Part shown: piece by piece, positions 1 through 11,974 of the stretch
Numbering within the stretch: position 1 is the stretch's first letter
Layout: the number at the start of each line of letters is the position of its first letter
Assembly: GCF_018977255.1 (NCBI RefSeq)
Contig: NW_024704742.1
Coordinates: 27,096,001-27,160,000, forward strand
DNA from: Callorhinchus milii
Lineage: Eukaryota
Length of the DNA stretch: 64,000 bases
Reading direction: 5' to 3'
Made by a program: the position numbers and the translations under genes
Notes under the pieces: model-generated
The model's database searches: none
What the model saw: only the letters and a program-made list of their open reading frames with translations
What the model was told of the DNA's origin: nothing

Positions 1-121
1 ACCCATTTGAAACCATCTTTGTCGATTCTGCAACCAGAGTCCTGAGGTCAGAAGTTCCTATTTGACAAACCCCCTAAAATGAACTGCCCCACAACCAATT
101 AAAATGTTCCGCTATGTGTCG

Positions 122-1940
122 ACAACAACTTGCACTTATATAGCGCCCTCCACGCAGGGTAGCGTCTCAGAGCTTCATCTTTGTTTAGCAGTGGCGCAGC
201 CTGACTCCGAGCCAGGGGGAGGGGGGAAGTGGCCATAAGCATGGTCGAACAAGAAAGTTTTCAGGTGGGACTTGAAAGAGGGGAGAGAGGGAGCAAGGAG
301 GAAGGATTCAGGGAGAGTGTTCCAGAGTTTTGGGGAGTAGTGGCTGAAAGCTCGACCTCTGATGGTGGGGCGGAGGGTGCGAGGGACGAGCAGGAGGCCA
401 GTGCCAGTCGAGCGGAAGCGCTGGGTGGTGGATTGGGGAGTGAGGAGGTCAGAGAGGTAGGGAAGTGCCAGGGAGAGCGTGGATTTGAACACTAGTATGA
501 GGTTCTTGAAGTCGATCAGTTCGGTGATGAGGAGTCAGTGAAACCTGGATAGAACTGATGAGATGTGGATATGGAGTTTGGTCTGGGTCAGTATATGGGC
601 AGCAGAGTTTTGAATGAGCTGGATCTTGTGAATGATGGAGCTGGGGAGACCGGTGAGGAGTGCATTGGAGTAATCCAAGTTGGAAGTGACAAACACATGC
701 ACAAGGGTTTCGGCTGCATTTGGGGTAAGTTACGGCCAGTGGTGGGCAATGTGGCGGAGGTGGAAGAAGGCGGTCCTGGTCAGGGACTGGATGTGGTGGA
801 GGAAGGACAGCTGGGTGTCGAACCGGACGCCTAGGTTGCGCACTGATTCGGTGAGTCTGAGGGAGAGCCCAGGGAGGTTGAGGAGTTTAGATCCACAGGA
901 GTGAAGACGTTGATGTATGGCTTCCATCTTGTCCATATTCAGCTGCAGAGACTCATCCAGGCCCAGATGCCTGCCAGACAAGCTGACAGAACATTGGTGG
1001 ACCTGGAGTTGGTACCGGAAGAGGCAAAGTAGATTTGTGTGTCATCCACATCCATGTGGAAGTTTACTCTTTGTCTGCAGATGACATTGCTCAGAAGGAG
1101 CATATAGATAAGGAAAAGAAGAGGGTCAAGGATGGAGCCCTGAGGTACCCTGCAGGTGACTGGTCGGGGCCGGGAGGAGAAACCATTTGCTGAGATGAAA
1201 TGGAGGCGGTTGGTTAAGTAGGACTCGAACCATGTTGAGTGCAGTCCCACTAAGGTAGATGAGGGAGAAGAGCTGATGGAGGAGGATGGTGTGGTTGACT
1301 GTGTCGAACATGTCAAGAGAGTTCCAGGAGGACGAAGAGGCAGAGGGAGTCTTGGTCACAGATAGAGGGAACGTCGTTTGTGACTTTGACAAGCCTGACT
1401 CTGTGCTGTGGGCAGGGTGAAAAACAGACTGCAGGGGGTTGAGGAGGGAGTGGTGGGAGAGGTGTGACTAGAAATTGACCTGCAACAATGCGTTCCAGGA
1501 TTTGACAAGGAAGGATAGATTGGAAATGGGATGGTACTGTGAGAGATTAGAGGGACCGAGAGTGGGTTTTTGGGGGAGGGGTGTGATAACAGCGGTTTTC
1601 AAGAGGAGTGGAACAGAGTCTGAGGAGAGAGATTGGTTGACGGTGTCAGCCAGCAGGGGGGAGAAAAGGAGGAGTTGGATGACCAGCAACTGGTTGGGGA
1701 GGAGGTCGAGGTAACAGGTGGTGAACTTCATCCAGGTGATTGTGGTTGAGTGGGAGGGAGAAATGGGGGCAAAGGAGTGTAAGGAGTCGGGGAGTGGCAG
1801 GAGCCGTGGTGGAGGGAGAAGACGGTGTGGATGGTCTAGGTGGAGTGGAAGGGAACATGGGTGGGGGAGGACGATGCAGCCAAGTCGATGTTTTTAATTT
1901 TTGAGGCGAAGAAGTCTAGGACCTCTTTGAACTTGTTATA
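122..1940 (-). mobile_element. L2 LINE, 5'-truncated and decayed (family A tail)
   Basis: Fragmented RT ORFs (VPQGSILDPLLF, DDTQIY, RNLGVRFD, RGRAFS..PKLWNTLP), a stem-loop tail and a (TTG)n end. Confidence 0.92.
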
Positions 1941-2629
1941 ACATTGTAGTTGGTTGTGGGGCATTTCCACTCTATGGTTGTTTGTGGGACTTCGTTGTGC
2001 GCAAACTGGCTGCCGAACTGGTTTGGTCCACAAACATACAGTCACTCTACTTTACAGAATATCTTAGAACTGCTTTGAGACGGCGCAACGACGTAATAAG
2101 GCAGTATATCAAATGCAAGGATTATTATTATAAATCGGTGTGACACAGAGATATTTTTAAAAATCTGTACATGGCACACATATGTGGCACTTTCAGTTTG
2201 GTTTGGATACTCTTAAGTATGGTGAAGGATTTCACCTTTTGCACACGTCAGACACCCTCCCACCATCTGACAAAAAAATACATGGAAATTCCCTTGTATC
2301 CAGAATGGAATTCACACTCTCTACCGTAAGGATGCTCTCTGCTTACCTAATTCGGGAAGGCATTAAGCACGGGTTGGCAATAGCCAAGGCTTGGGGATCC
2401 AAAGTTGGGCTTGGGGATCCAAAGCTCAAACCACATAGCTTGTCATTGAGAGTACTGTCTGGCAAACTTCCTGCTGTTTGTCCAACTAGGACCACCCTAC
2501 CCATTAGAACTTTGGCTTGCAGGGTTTTGAACGACAAGAGTAAAATTTATGAGCAACAAAGATATGCACTCTACCTACATAAATACTTCACCAAAATATT
2601 TACCATTAGAGAGACAACATGGCACTTAC

Positions 2630-2682
2630 CTCTTATCTGTCAGCCAGGGGACAGGAGAATGACATTCTTCCAGGTGTCCTGT
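2630..2682 (-). CDS. SCLT1: SCLT1 coding exon 3 (TGHLEECHSPVPWLTDK+AG); the gene continues beyond the left edge
   Basis: 53-nt exon with acceptor ctgttttgatttag and a strong donor GAG|gtaagt. The frame is open in phase 0, and the PWLTDK end fits the segment preceding the SCLT1 (F/L)APL..EYD block. Confidence 0.8.
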
Positions 2683-5364
2683 CTAAATCAAAACAGAACA
2701 GATTTGTGTTTTTCTCAACCACTGCAAACAACCAAAACTGATTCTCTACAATGTAGAACGCTCCACAATTTAATTTTCTGATTGGCTGTCGGATTGATAT
2801 GCTAAATTGGCCTTGCCTAATTTAGCCACTGCATCTGGACTTTGAGGATCCAAAAGCCTCTTAAAGTTTGTTAGTCATCTCATCTCTTGGCTTAACCTTT
2901 CAGATGTGAACACTGAAAACAACTTTGCAATGTGATGCAAAAGAGACATTAAAGTTGAGAAAGGTGGTACTCAAGGGATGAATTATGCCCTTCACAAGGG
3001 TACAATATATCCTTCCAAGAGCTAGCTGACAAATTTACACTGCACAGACTTTACACAGACTTCTGAACTGAAAAAGTCTGATTTGGCCTTACCTCCAGAA
3101 TCCAGCTCTATCAGTGCAAACCACTAAAACTGATTCTCTACAATGTAGAACACTCCACAATGTCCTTCCTCTGTTCAATATTGTCCTCCACGTACATACA
3201 GGAATGCATGTTTGCAATTCTAGTTACGCGCTATCTACAGACCTTCTGGTTGGAGATAATCTTGTCCTTTGGGTGGCTGGCTTTATTCTCTCTTTAGCCT
3301 GCTCCTATGCATACTCAGCCTATTGAGGCTGTGCAAGAAGAAAACTAATGTACCTGTCTGTCCATCCACCCAAATAAAGGAGCCTAAACTCATATCAATT
3401 CAATGAATATGCATCTACTTATGGTATCTAACTCAATGTATGAACTCTGTTACATCAAGAATGGAGAACAATGTAAATTGTTGGTCAGGCTCCTGAAGCA
3501 ATTTTGGAGTTCAAGAAGTCTCTGGCACTAAATTAAGAAAGAAAGCCCAAATATCAAGAAGTAATTTGGGTTTCTTTCTTAATTTAAGAAAAGCAGACCT
3601 GTGATTTATTTTTCTCCTGTCATATTAGCTGGCTCAAACCCTCACTGCAATTTCTTTCCCTATTTATCTTGACTACTGCGAGGATGAAATAAATTGAGGT
3701 TTTTGGTTTTCTTGTACTGCAGGTAAGAGCCAACTAGTCCATGCACAGCAGGGATGGTATCAAGAGGAAGGAAGAAATAGGTAGCAGGCAATTTTTTCTC
3801 CATAACTGTTTGGCTTTGCAAATTCTCCATGGTATAAGCTATGTTTAAACAGCCAGAAGGTAGAAGCAAACATAATATCCTTTTTCCAATATTAAGGTGT
3901 CACATTAGTCTTAGTTGCAGGAAATAATGCTCCAAAAGGTAGAAAAAATTGTGTCAGAATAGTGAATAGTGAAGTCTCTACAGTAATAGGGAGTTTTTTT
4001 CCTCGAAAAGGACTTTATGAATCAAGATACAATTTGTGTACAATAAACAAATGATACAATGAATATCTGTACAGCTTCACTGAATAATAGAGATAATAAG
4101 AAGGGTGAATGCTCTGGAGTTTTTGATTGGCTATCTTTGGAGTTCAGAGTACAGGTATATAATATCTCCCCAACACAGTATAGAGTTGGATATGGTTTGT
4201 ATTGAATGTGGAAAGTGTGTTAATAGGCTGAATGGCCTTCTCTTGTTAGAGGCTTTGATTCTACAAATGTACGGAAATACTTCACTTTTTTTGAAAATAG
4301 ACATTTAAGGTACTGTCTGGATAATACTGTAAAAACGGACACGCTTTATAATATATCATTCTTGCATTTGATATAGCGCTTTTCAAGTCACCGAGATGTC
4401 TCAAAGCACTTCACAAGGTTTTACTGTGCACTGATTATGTATTTAGAGGGAAATATGGCAGCCAATTTGCGCAGAGTAATGTCTCACAGGGTGTTCTTAA
4501 GATAGAGTGTTTTTAATATACAGAGTGTGGTTTTAATGTAGTGTTTTGTGTTTTTTTCCGTTTTGAATACTACATTTATATATTTTTAAAAAAGTCCATT
4601 TAAAATGATAATACAGTAATTTGCTTGATAGGTTTGCTATTTCATGATTTTGCTAAATTTCTTTTTTTCTTAAAAAATTACAACAGCAGTGCAGTGGCTC
4701 TGCATATTGGGGGTTCCAATTTGATTAGTGTAGAATGGCAGGATGCAGACTTCATCTCCTACTGTGCACACAAAACACACTACACATGTAGAGGTGACAA
4801 AAAGCAGAAGGTTACAATTACAAGCTGCTTCATGAACCCCTCGTGGTTGGCTTCACCGCCTGATACATCAAAGGAGTCACTGGAACACTGATCATTACCA
4901 GAAGAGAGCATTTCATGGAATATAAAACGCCCCTTCCTTGCTGCATATTCATCCATTTTCTTTACCCTCCACGCTGATCTGTGCATTGGTACAGCAATTT
5001 TTATTTTTTTTGCCTGTATACGTCAGTATAGTTCTCTTCAACTTGGTTACCATCTTCTAAACATGCACTGTTCTGACCACCTTAGTTTGAATTGAAGTAC
5101 ATATCATTGCTTTGTGAGGGGGGTGGGGGGGTTGCGGGGAACAGATAAAGACAACTGATTAATACGAGTCTAAAAAGTACAGACAACATATAACTATAGA
5201 AAAGGACAAACAGCTGCAGCAATACATGGCACAATTTATTACATGATATAGAAAGACTGCAAAACACTCTGATAGCTATTTTAAATTTTGTAAGAATAAT
5301 ACAAAAAATAAAATAGTAAAAGAATAAAACGATTTGGAAAATATAATTTTGGAAATCATTGTAC

Positions 5365-5432
5365 CTGATCAACAGCAGGTTTGGACAGTTCTTGTGCTTG
5401 GTATTGCCTGAGTGCGGAATTCAACCGCTGAA
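5365..5432 (-). CDS. SCLT1: SCLT1 coding exon 2 (VQRLNSALRQYQAQELSKPAVDQ)
   Basis: 68-nt exon with acceptor ttttttcctccaatag and donor CAG|gtacaa. Phase 1 in, phase 0 out. Resembles human NRRLNEDFRRYQMESFSK. Confidence 0.9.
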
Positions 5433-5774
5433 CTATTGGAGGAAAAAACAGATAGTCAACAGTCATGTTTAAACATCCTCATTATTATGTTGCCCTCTAG
5501 AGATCTCCTTCCACTGTAACCTGCCCTAAAAGACAAACCGGGTTTCTTTGAAAACATAGTAATTTAACACCCATGTTGACATTGTGCCCACTTGAGTTAA
5601 TCTAATTTCAAAGCATTGTTTCCTTTTAAAAATTAGGGTAATGTAATCAAGTACTTAGGTCTTCTATGAAGCTTGTACTGTATTCCTAAACAAAGAAAAA
5701 TAGTCAAAAAAGAAACTTCCACCGTTTTACTGATTCTTTGTGGAAAAACTTTTGAGCAATGACCTGTAAAATCC

Positions 5775-6038
5775 CACCCGACTAGCCCTACAATCGGTGG
5801 CCGGGCTTTCAGCCTCTCTGCCCCCACACTCTGGAACTCCATCCCACGGTCCCTTCGCATCGCTTCCTCCCTTGCCTCCTTCAAGGACGGTCTCAAGACC
5901 CTCCTCTTCGATCATGCCTCTCGTCACCCTCCCCTACCTCTCCCCCATGCTCAACGTCCCAACCCCTGACTGTCCAGTGCCTTGGGACGTCCTCCTGATG
6001 TGAAAGGCGGTCTATAAATGTAATTTTGTTGTTGTTGC
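5775..6038 (+). mobile_element. L2 3' fragment (family B tail)
   Basis: GGRAFSLSAPTLWNS-type coding end plus the tail GCCTTGGGACGTCCTCCTGATGTGAAAGGCG...TTGTTGTTG. Confidence 0.85.
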
Positions 6039-6569
6039 TGTAAAATAGCTTGAAACCCAAACCATTTTTAAGTTAATACTTGTGAAAGCTAAAAATCAAT
6101 TTATTTGGACTAATGTATACAAGTACCAAATTAATCTGTCGCAAATCTTAATCTGTCCCTGCACGAGTAATATAACATCACTTCAGATAGCAATAGCCGT
6201 GCTGAGGTTCTTGTCAACCCTTATTCCTTTTTGCCCACTGTTCGACAATTTGGAGTGTATCACACAAAATTCTTCAAGTGTTCTTAAATATCTCCATTCT
6301 TGACCACTTCCAGTGACCCCTACTGGAAGGTGTAGATCTGTGGACATGCACACAGCCTGGCCTCATAATCTGGCTCATACGTGAAAAACAGCTACTTCAG
6401 TAATATCAAAAACCTGTGAGTCCCACAGATATCCCCCATCTTAATATAGGACACTTAGAAAGGAGAGAATGTGCACTATGAAAAATAAAATAAATAGGAA
6501 TTTATTTCCAAGTTGTTTTATGTTTGAGGATTTAACATAACATCATAAGTTACTTGAACAGTGCTCTCA

Positions 6570-6955
6570 TTTGTGCAGACATTTAAAATATTTAAGATTC
6601 AAAATTAAGACTGTGAAGTGCAGCTGACTGTGTATTTTGCGATTGAACATGACAGCGAATTTGCACACAGCAATGTCACACAAACAGCCATGGAGTGTTT
6701 GTGGGATTCTTATCCAGTCCCGGGAGAAACTCCCTCTCTTTTCTAATAGTGTCATGGGATCTTTAACATCCACCTGAACAGGCAGATGGGACCTTGGTTT
6801 ATATTCTCATCCAAAGGTCGGCACCTCCAACAATGCAGCACAGCCCCAGCACTGTATTGGGGTGCTTGCTAGATAATACGAGTTCCAAGTCTCGATGTGT
6901 GGCTTGAACCCAAAACCTTCTGGCTCAAAAGTGAGGGTGCTACCAACTGAGCCAG
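6570..6955 (-). mobile_element. SacSINE1/AmnSINE-like DeuSINE, decayed
   Basis: tRNA-like head GGCTCAGTTGGTAGCAC...GGGTTCAAGCC, body CTGCCTGTTCAGGTGGATGTTAAAGATCCCATG, and Deu core TTGCTGTGTGCAAATT. Confidence 0.75.
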
Positions 6956-7028
6956 GTGGAGCAGGTGAAAGGTTTCTAAAAAAGGAATTTCACAAGCTTG
7001 TTCCAAATGTGGCAAATGGAAAATTTAC

Positions 7029-7065
7029 CTTGATTGGTCAAAAATTCTACTTCAGTAGTTTCCAT
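7029..7065 (-). CDS. SCLT1: Sodium channel and clathrin linker 1, first coding exon (METTEVEFLTNQ+G). The whole exon with 5'UTR is probably 7029-7144.
   Basis: The minus strand reads ATG GAA ACT ACT GAA GTA GAA TTT TTG ACC AAT CAA G|gtaaat, resembling the recalled human SCLT1 N-terminus MAAEIDFLREQ. An acceptor tgtttcttttcag ends at 7145. Phase 1 matches the next exon, and the head-to-head arrangement with C4orf33 matches human. Confidence 0.88.
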
Positions 7066-7966
7066 GCTCTTAATGTTGCGAGTCTCTTAGAAACTCAGTC
7101 CGTAGGTACCAGAAGAGGTCTTTACAAGATGGCAGGAGTAAAGACTGAAAAGAAACAGTACAAATTAGCTCTGAGTCAAGTTCATGTGAAACATATTCCA
7201 TTGATTTCTTGATTTTTGTTTGCTTCGAATCACTTTTTTCAGAAGCCCAAGGCTTTCAAAGATTAATGTTAACTTTTCATGCATCAGTTTATTAATTTTG
7301 TTAATTTGCATAATATTTGTTTTTAAAAAAAATGGCTATGTTCACATGCACGTACTGCATACTTTATGTTCTTGTCACACCAGCCTGATCCAAGTATTAC
7401 ACTCACTGTGGCGGAAGCGATAACAAAGCTGCATCTAATCGAAGGTTTAGATGATGTCAAACCACAAGATGCTCAGGGGCTTATGAATATCATCTGAGCC
7501 CTGAGCTAAATTACAATCTGGCAATCACTCTTTACCATCATTTGTTCATGATGCAGATATTTGATTATATTATCACATTTCTGAGGGTTAAAGCTGCCAT
7601 TCAATATTGTTTCATGTCAGCTATATCTTTTTGAGCATGTTTCTCCCTGATGGATTAGGNTTTTTTTTTATCAACAACATGATAAAATGAGACTTGTGAG
7701 CTGTTAACAGCTGTTGTTTTGCAGTTACCTTTATATCACGGTCTTCTCTGATAAACTGACAGTTCATAACCATGCTGTATAAAATTCCCCAAGCGTATCA
7801 AAGCCAATTGTGAGGTCAGTACTGCAAGTTAAAAGGTATGTATATAACAGAGATCAACTGATCAAGGTTTGTAACATCCTCTAGGTTCAGGTCAAAGGGG
7901 TAACTGATTTATGTCATAAATCAATGAAGAAAAACTTCGAAACATACCGCTGATCGAATACACCAG

Positions 7967-8632
7967 CCCGGCACTGGCACCGGCCTCCTGCTCGTCCCTC
8001 GCACCCTCCACCCCACCGCTGGAGATCGACCTTTCAGCCACTACACCCCAAAAATCTGGAACGCTCTCCCTCAGTCCATCCGCCTTGCCACTTCTCTCCC
8101 CTTTTTCAAGTCCTGCCTGAAAACCTTCCTCTTCGACCGTGCTTACGGCCACCTCCCCCTCCCCGCCCCCAGATTGGAGTCAGGCTCCGCCACTGTTAAG
8201 CGCTCTGAGACGCTACACTGCGTGACGGGCGTTATAGGTGGAGTCCTATCGCTCAGTGGTTAGAACACTTGCCTCACAAGCGAGAGACCTGGGTTGTACT
8301 GCCGGCAGGGCGAAATGTTGGGCAAGTTTCCCTATTCCACACGCCTCTGTTTACCCAGCAGTAAGTAGAAACCTGGTTATTAGTCAATTGGCAGATCGCT
8401 TTTCTGGGCATAATAATTCCTTCAAAAAAAACAATAATAATTTGGTCACTTCAATCTACACTGTTTGTGGGACACTGCCGTGTGCAATTGGCTGTCACGT
8501 TTCGCCCACAAATATAGATTCAATTCACTCTACAGTATATTCTGTGAAGTGCTTTGAGACATCTAGAAGACATGAAAAGTGCTATATCTAATACAAGGAT
8601 TATTAATATTATATAAGTGCAAATTGTTGTAT
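7967..8632 (+). mobile_element. L2 family A 3' fragment with a full tRNA-headed DeuSINE (8238-8611) inserted in its tail
   Basis: The L2 tail GGGCGTTATA|...|TAAGTGCAAATTGTTGT is split by a SINE starting GTGGAGTCCTATCGCTCAGTGGTTAGA, with a Deu core and a (TTA)n end. Confidence 0.85.
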
Positions 8633-8764
8633 ACACTTACCTAGATTAGTGTGAATAATAATCCTTGTCTCACAAGCGAGAGACCTGGGCTCTACTGCAA
8701 TTGATAAAGCGCTTTATCCCATCTTCAGATGTCTCAAGAACTTTTTAGAATATACACAATATAG

Positions 8765-9652
8765 AAATCCACCTGTATGCGGATGACACCCAACTCTCCC
8801 TCTCTGCCTCCACCATTGACTCCTGGACCGCTGCTGTGCTGACAGAATGTCTGTCAGACATCAAGTCCTGGATGAGAACTAACTTTCTTCAGTTGAACGT
8901 CAACAAGACCGAGGCTCTCCTGATCGGCTCCTGTCAGCACCTCAACACCTCAGGCACTGACAGCATCACCATCCATGGTTGCACACTCCACCTTACTAAG
9001 CCAGTCCGGGACCTTGGGGTCTTGTTTGACCCTCAATTATCCTTTCTAACCCACATCTGTGCCATGACCTGCTCTGCCTTCCCCCACCTCCGCAATGTCG
9101 CCCGGCTCAGACATTGTCTCACACCGCAGGCCACCGAAACCCTCATACAATGCCTTCATTACATCGTGGCTCAACTATGCAAACTCACTGCTTGTCGGCC
9201 TCCCCAACTCCTCCCTCCACAGACTGCAGATCATCCAGAACTCTGCAGCCCGTGTCCTCTACCGCACTAGGCTCCGCGACAATCACCCCCATTCTCGCCC
9301 AACTCTAATATAATAATATCCACACGCCTAATACTAATCCCTCCAAAACAAAAAAATAATAAATTGGTCATTTTCAATCCACGACTGTGTGTGGGACACT
9401 GCTGCGCGCAATTGGTTGCTGCGTTTCGCCCACAAATATACGGTCAATTCACTTTACAGTATATTCTGTGAAGCGCTTTGAGACGTCTAGAAGAAGTGAA
9501 AAGCGCTATATCAAATGCAAAGATTATTATTATTATAACTCCACTGGCTTCCCATCACACAGAAGATACAGTTCAAGATCCTGGTCTTCACCTTCAAAGC
9601 CCTCCATGGCAGATGTGGAAGGCGCTATACAAATGTAATTTTGTTGTTGTTG
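8765..9652 (+). mobile_element. L2 family B fragment from the YADD motif onward, interrupted by a SINE 3' half (about 9306-9538)
   Basis: HLYADDTQL at the start, then CLSDIKSWMRTNFLQLNVNKTE. The L2 sequence resumes at AACTCCACTGGCTTCCC after the SINE. Confidence 0.88.
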
Positions 9653-9930
9653 TATACTGTAATATGAATTGTCTGTATATTTTGTGGCTGAAACCCAGCA
9701 GCCAATTGCACACAGCAGTATCCTACAAACAGTTGTGGATTTAGTCACTTATTAAGGGATTATGATTGTTAAGGGATCCACCAATTGACTAACAACCGGG
9801 TTCGTACTTACTTCTAGGTATACAGAGGCACGTGGAATAAGGAAACTTGCCCAACGTTTCGCCCTGCCGGGAATCAAACCCAGGTCCTCCCACTTGCGAG
9901 GTGAGTGCTCTAATCACTAAGCTACAGGGG
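9653..9930 (-). mobile_element. tRNA-headed DeuSINE
   Basis: Reverse complement of the head and Deu core of the 8238 element. Confidence 0.8.
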
Positions 9931-10069
9931 AATGGGAAAACTTCTTGACAGCCCTCCAGACTGTAGTTTGCTCTAATCTATTTGTTTCTGAATTTTTTTT
10001 GTCCTAAGCTTTCCGTTACAATTCTGCCACTGAATTTCATAATTGTTAGTAATAACTGCCAAACTCCCA

Positions 10070-10527
10070 CCTAGCCGATCACCTCCATCCTCGCCCGGCT
10101 TCACTGGCTCCCCATTCACCAGAGGATCGAGTTTAAAATCCTTGTCCTCACCTTTAAAGCCCTCCAAGGTCTTGCTCCACCCTACCTCTGTGACTTCCTA
10201 AAACCCTACCAACCTGTCCGCTCCCTCTCCTCGCACGGAACTCACCTACCTCATGTCCCCTGCCCTTCCTGCTCCACCATCGGAGGTCAGGCCTTCAGCC
10301 TTTCTGCACCCACCCTCAGGAACAGGCCCTCTGCATTGCCCCCTCCCTTGCCTCCTTCCAGGCCCATCTCAAGACTTTCCCCTTCAACTGCACCTTTGGT
10401 CCCCTTGCCACCACTACCCACCTTGACTCCAGTCGCAGCTCGGGTGCAAACCCTTCACTGCCCAGTACCTTGGGACTTCCTCCTGACATGCAAGGCATTA
10501 TATAATTGCAATTTGTTGTTGTTGTTT
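10070..10527 (+). mobile_element. L2 3' fragment
   Basis: LHWLPI..RIEFKILVLTFKAL motif and an L2 tail. Confidence 0.85.
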
Positions 10528-11061
10528 TTGCCTAGTGTTAGATGATGAGTGGTAGTGGTGAAGGGGGGTAAGCGTTCAGAATGTTACAGGATATTTTCTA
10601 GCAAATACGATCCATACCATTTTCACATCCCAAAAGGAATATTTTCCTGAGGCTCACTCTCACCGTGTTATAATGATTTCTAGTTTAATAGGGAAAAGTG
10701 TATGTCTGGGAGCTATAATAAGGTACTAATACCATAGAGAAACTGAAATTGCAACACAACCATGTGCGAGGGCTAAAGCGGTTTACAATAGTCATATGGG
10801 TCCTGCAATGGAATTACTGGCTTAGAATCACTCCAGAAGTAGTTCTTATTTTCCAAACTACACTGAAGATCATGAGACAGTTTTCTTCACTTTTACGTCC
10901 TTTTGTACCTACAAACAGCTGCAACATAAAGAAACATGCATTTTTATAGAGCCTGAGAATGTTAAAACATCTTGAAGAATTTCACAAGCAATTATGAATA
11001 ATTGTAGAGACCTTTTTTTTTCACAGATGCTGACAACTGGGACACTGTCCACATCACTTCA

Positions 11062-11430
11062 TAATAATAATTCTTGCATTTGGTATAGTGCCTTATCACG
11101 TCTTCGAGACGTCTCAAAATGCTTCAAAGAATATACTGTAATGTTAATGACTGCATATTTTGTGGGTGAAATGTGGCAGTGAATTGCGCACAGCAGTGTT
11201 CCACAAACAGTCGAGGATTGATTGACCAATTTATTAGCATCATTTTTTTTTGAAGGAATTATTCCCCCTGGAAAAGTGATCCGCCAATCGACAAACAGCC
11301 GGGTTCCAACTTACTCCTAGGTAAACAGAGGCTTGTGGAATAAGAAAACTTGTTCAACGTTTCACCCTGCTGGGGATCGAACCCAGGTTTCTCGCTTGTG
11401 CGCTCTAATCACTGAGCTACGGGACTCCAT
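11062..11430 (-). mobile_element. Full-length tRNA-headed DeuSINE
   Basis: (AAT)n tail at left and CTGAGCTACGGGACTCCA head at right. Confidence 0.85.
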
Positions 11431-11974
11431 AAGATAATGATAATGACCATCATTAAAATTGTACAATCATGACAAAACATTATTGAGCAAAAATTAATAG
11501 AATAAGGGACGGGAAGTAAATTATAAACTCTTAACCTAATCCAACTAATTATGAACAGAGCTTCCCCTTAAGTATTTAGATTTTTCCTACCCAAATCCTG
11601 AAATGTCAAGCAAATCTGTTTCTAAGCCACTATATCTCAAAATATTTTAGCTCACTTCATAAGAAATTTGTCTCAGTTGGACCACGATAAGAATTTATAA
11701 TATAGAGCATCACCCTAAGGGAGTATTTGTTGCAGAAATCTGCAACCTAATTGTACCAGACTGGACAACAGCTCAATAAGAGTGTAGTCTTGAGACAGTG
11801 AAATAGCTGAGGAATTATTGTTGGTACACTACGGTAGAAAGGCACCCACCTACTACCTCTGATACTGAGAGAATTATATAGGTCATTACAGCACAGAAAT
11901 AGGCCATTTGGCCCAACCAGCTTGTGACTGTCTTTAGGGTCCACATGAGCCTCCACTCCTCCTAATCCCCTGTT

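Noticed and set aside
4899..5080. Two possible extra SCLT1 exons (about 4899-4978 and 5051-5080, minus strand)
   Set aside because: Weak acceptors, stop codons in the phase-0 frame and no SCLT1 similarity.
7660..7660. Single N bases at 7660 and 25874
   Set aside because: Assembly ambiguity next to poly-T runs, not biology.
8238..8312. tRNA gene at the SINE head (also similar A/B boxes elsewhere)
   Set aside because: Always followed by the SINE body and tail, and too diverged for a proper cloverleaf.
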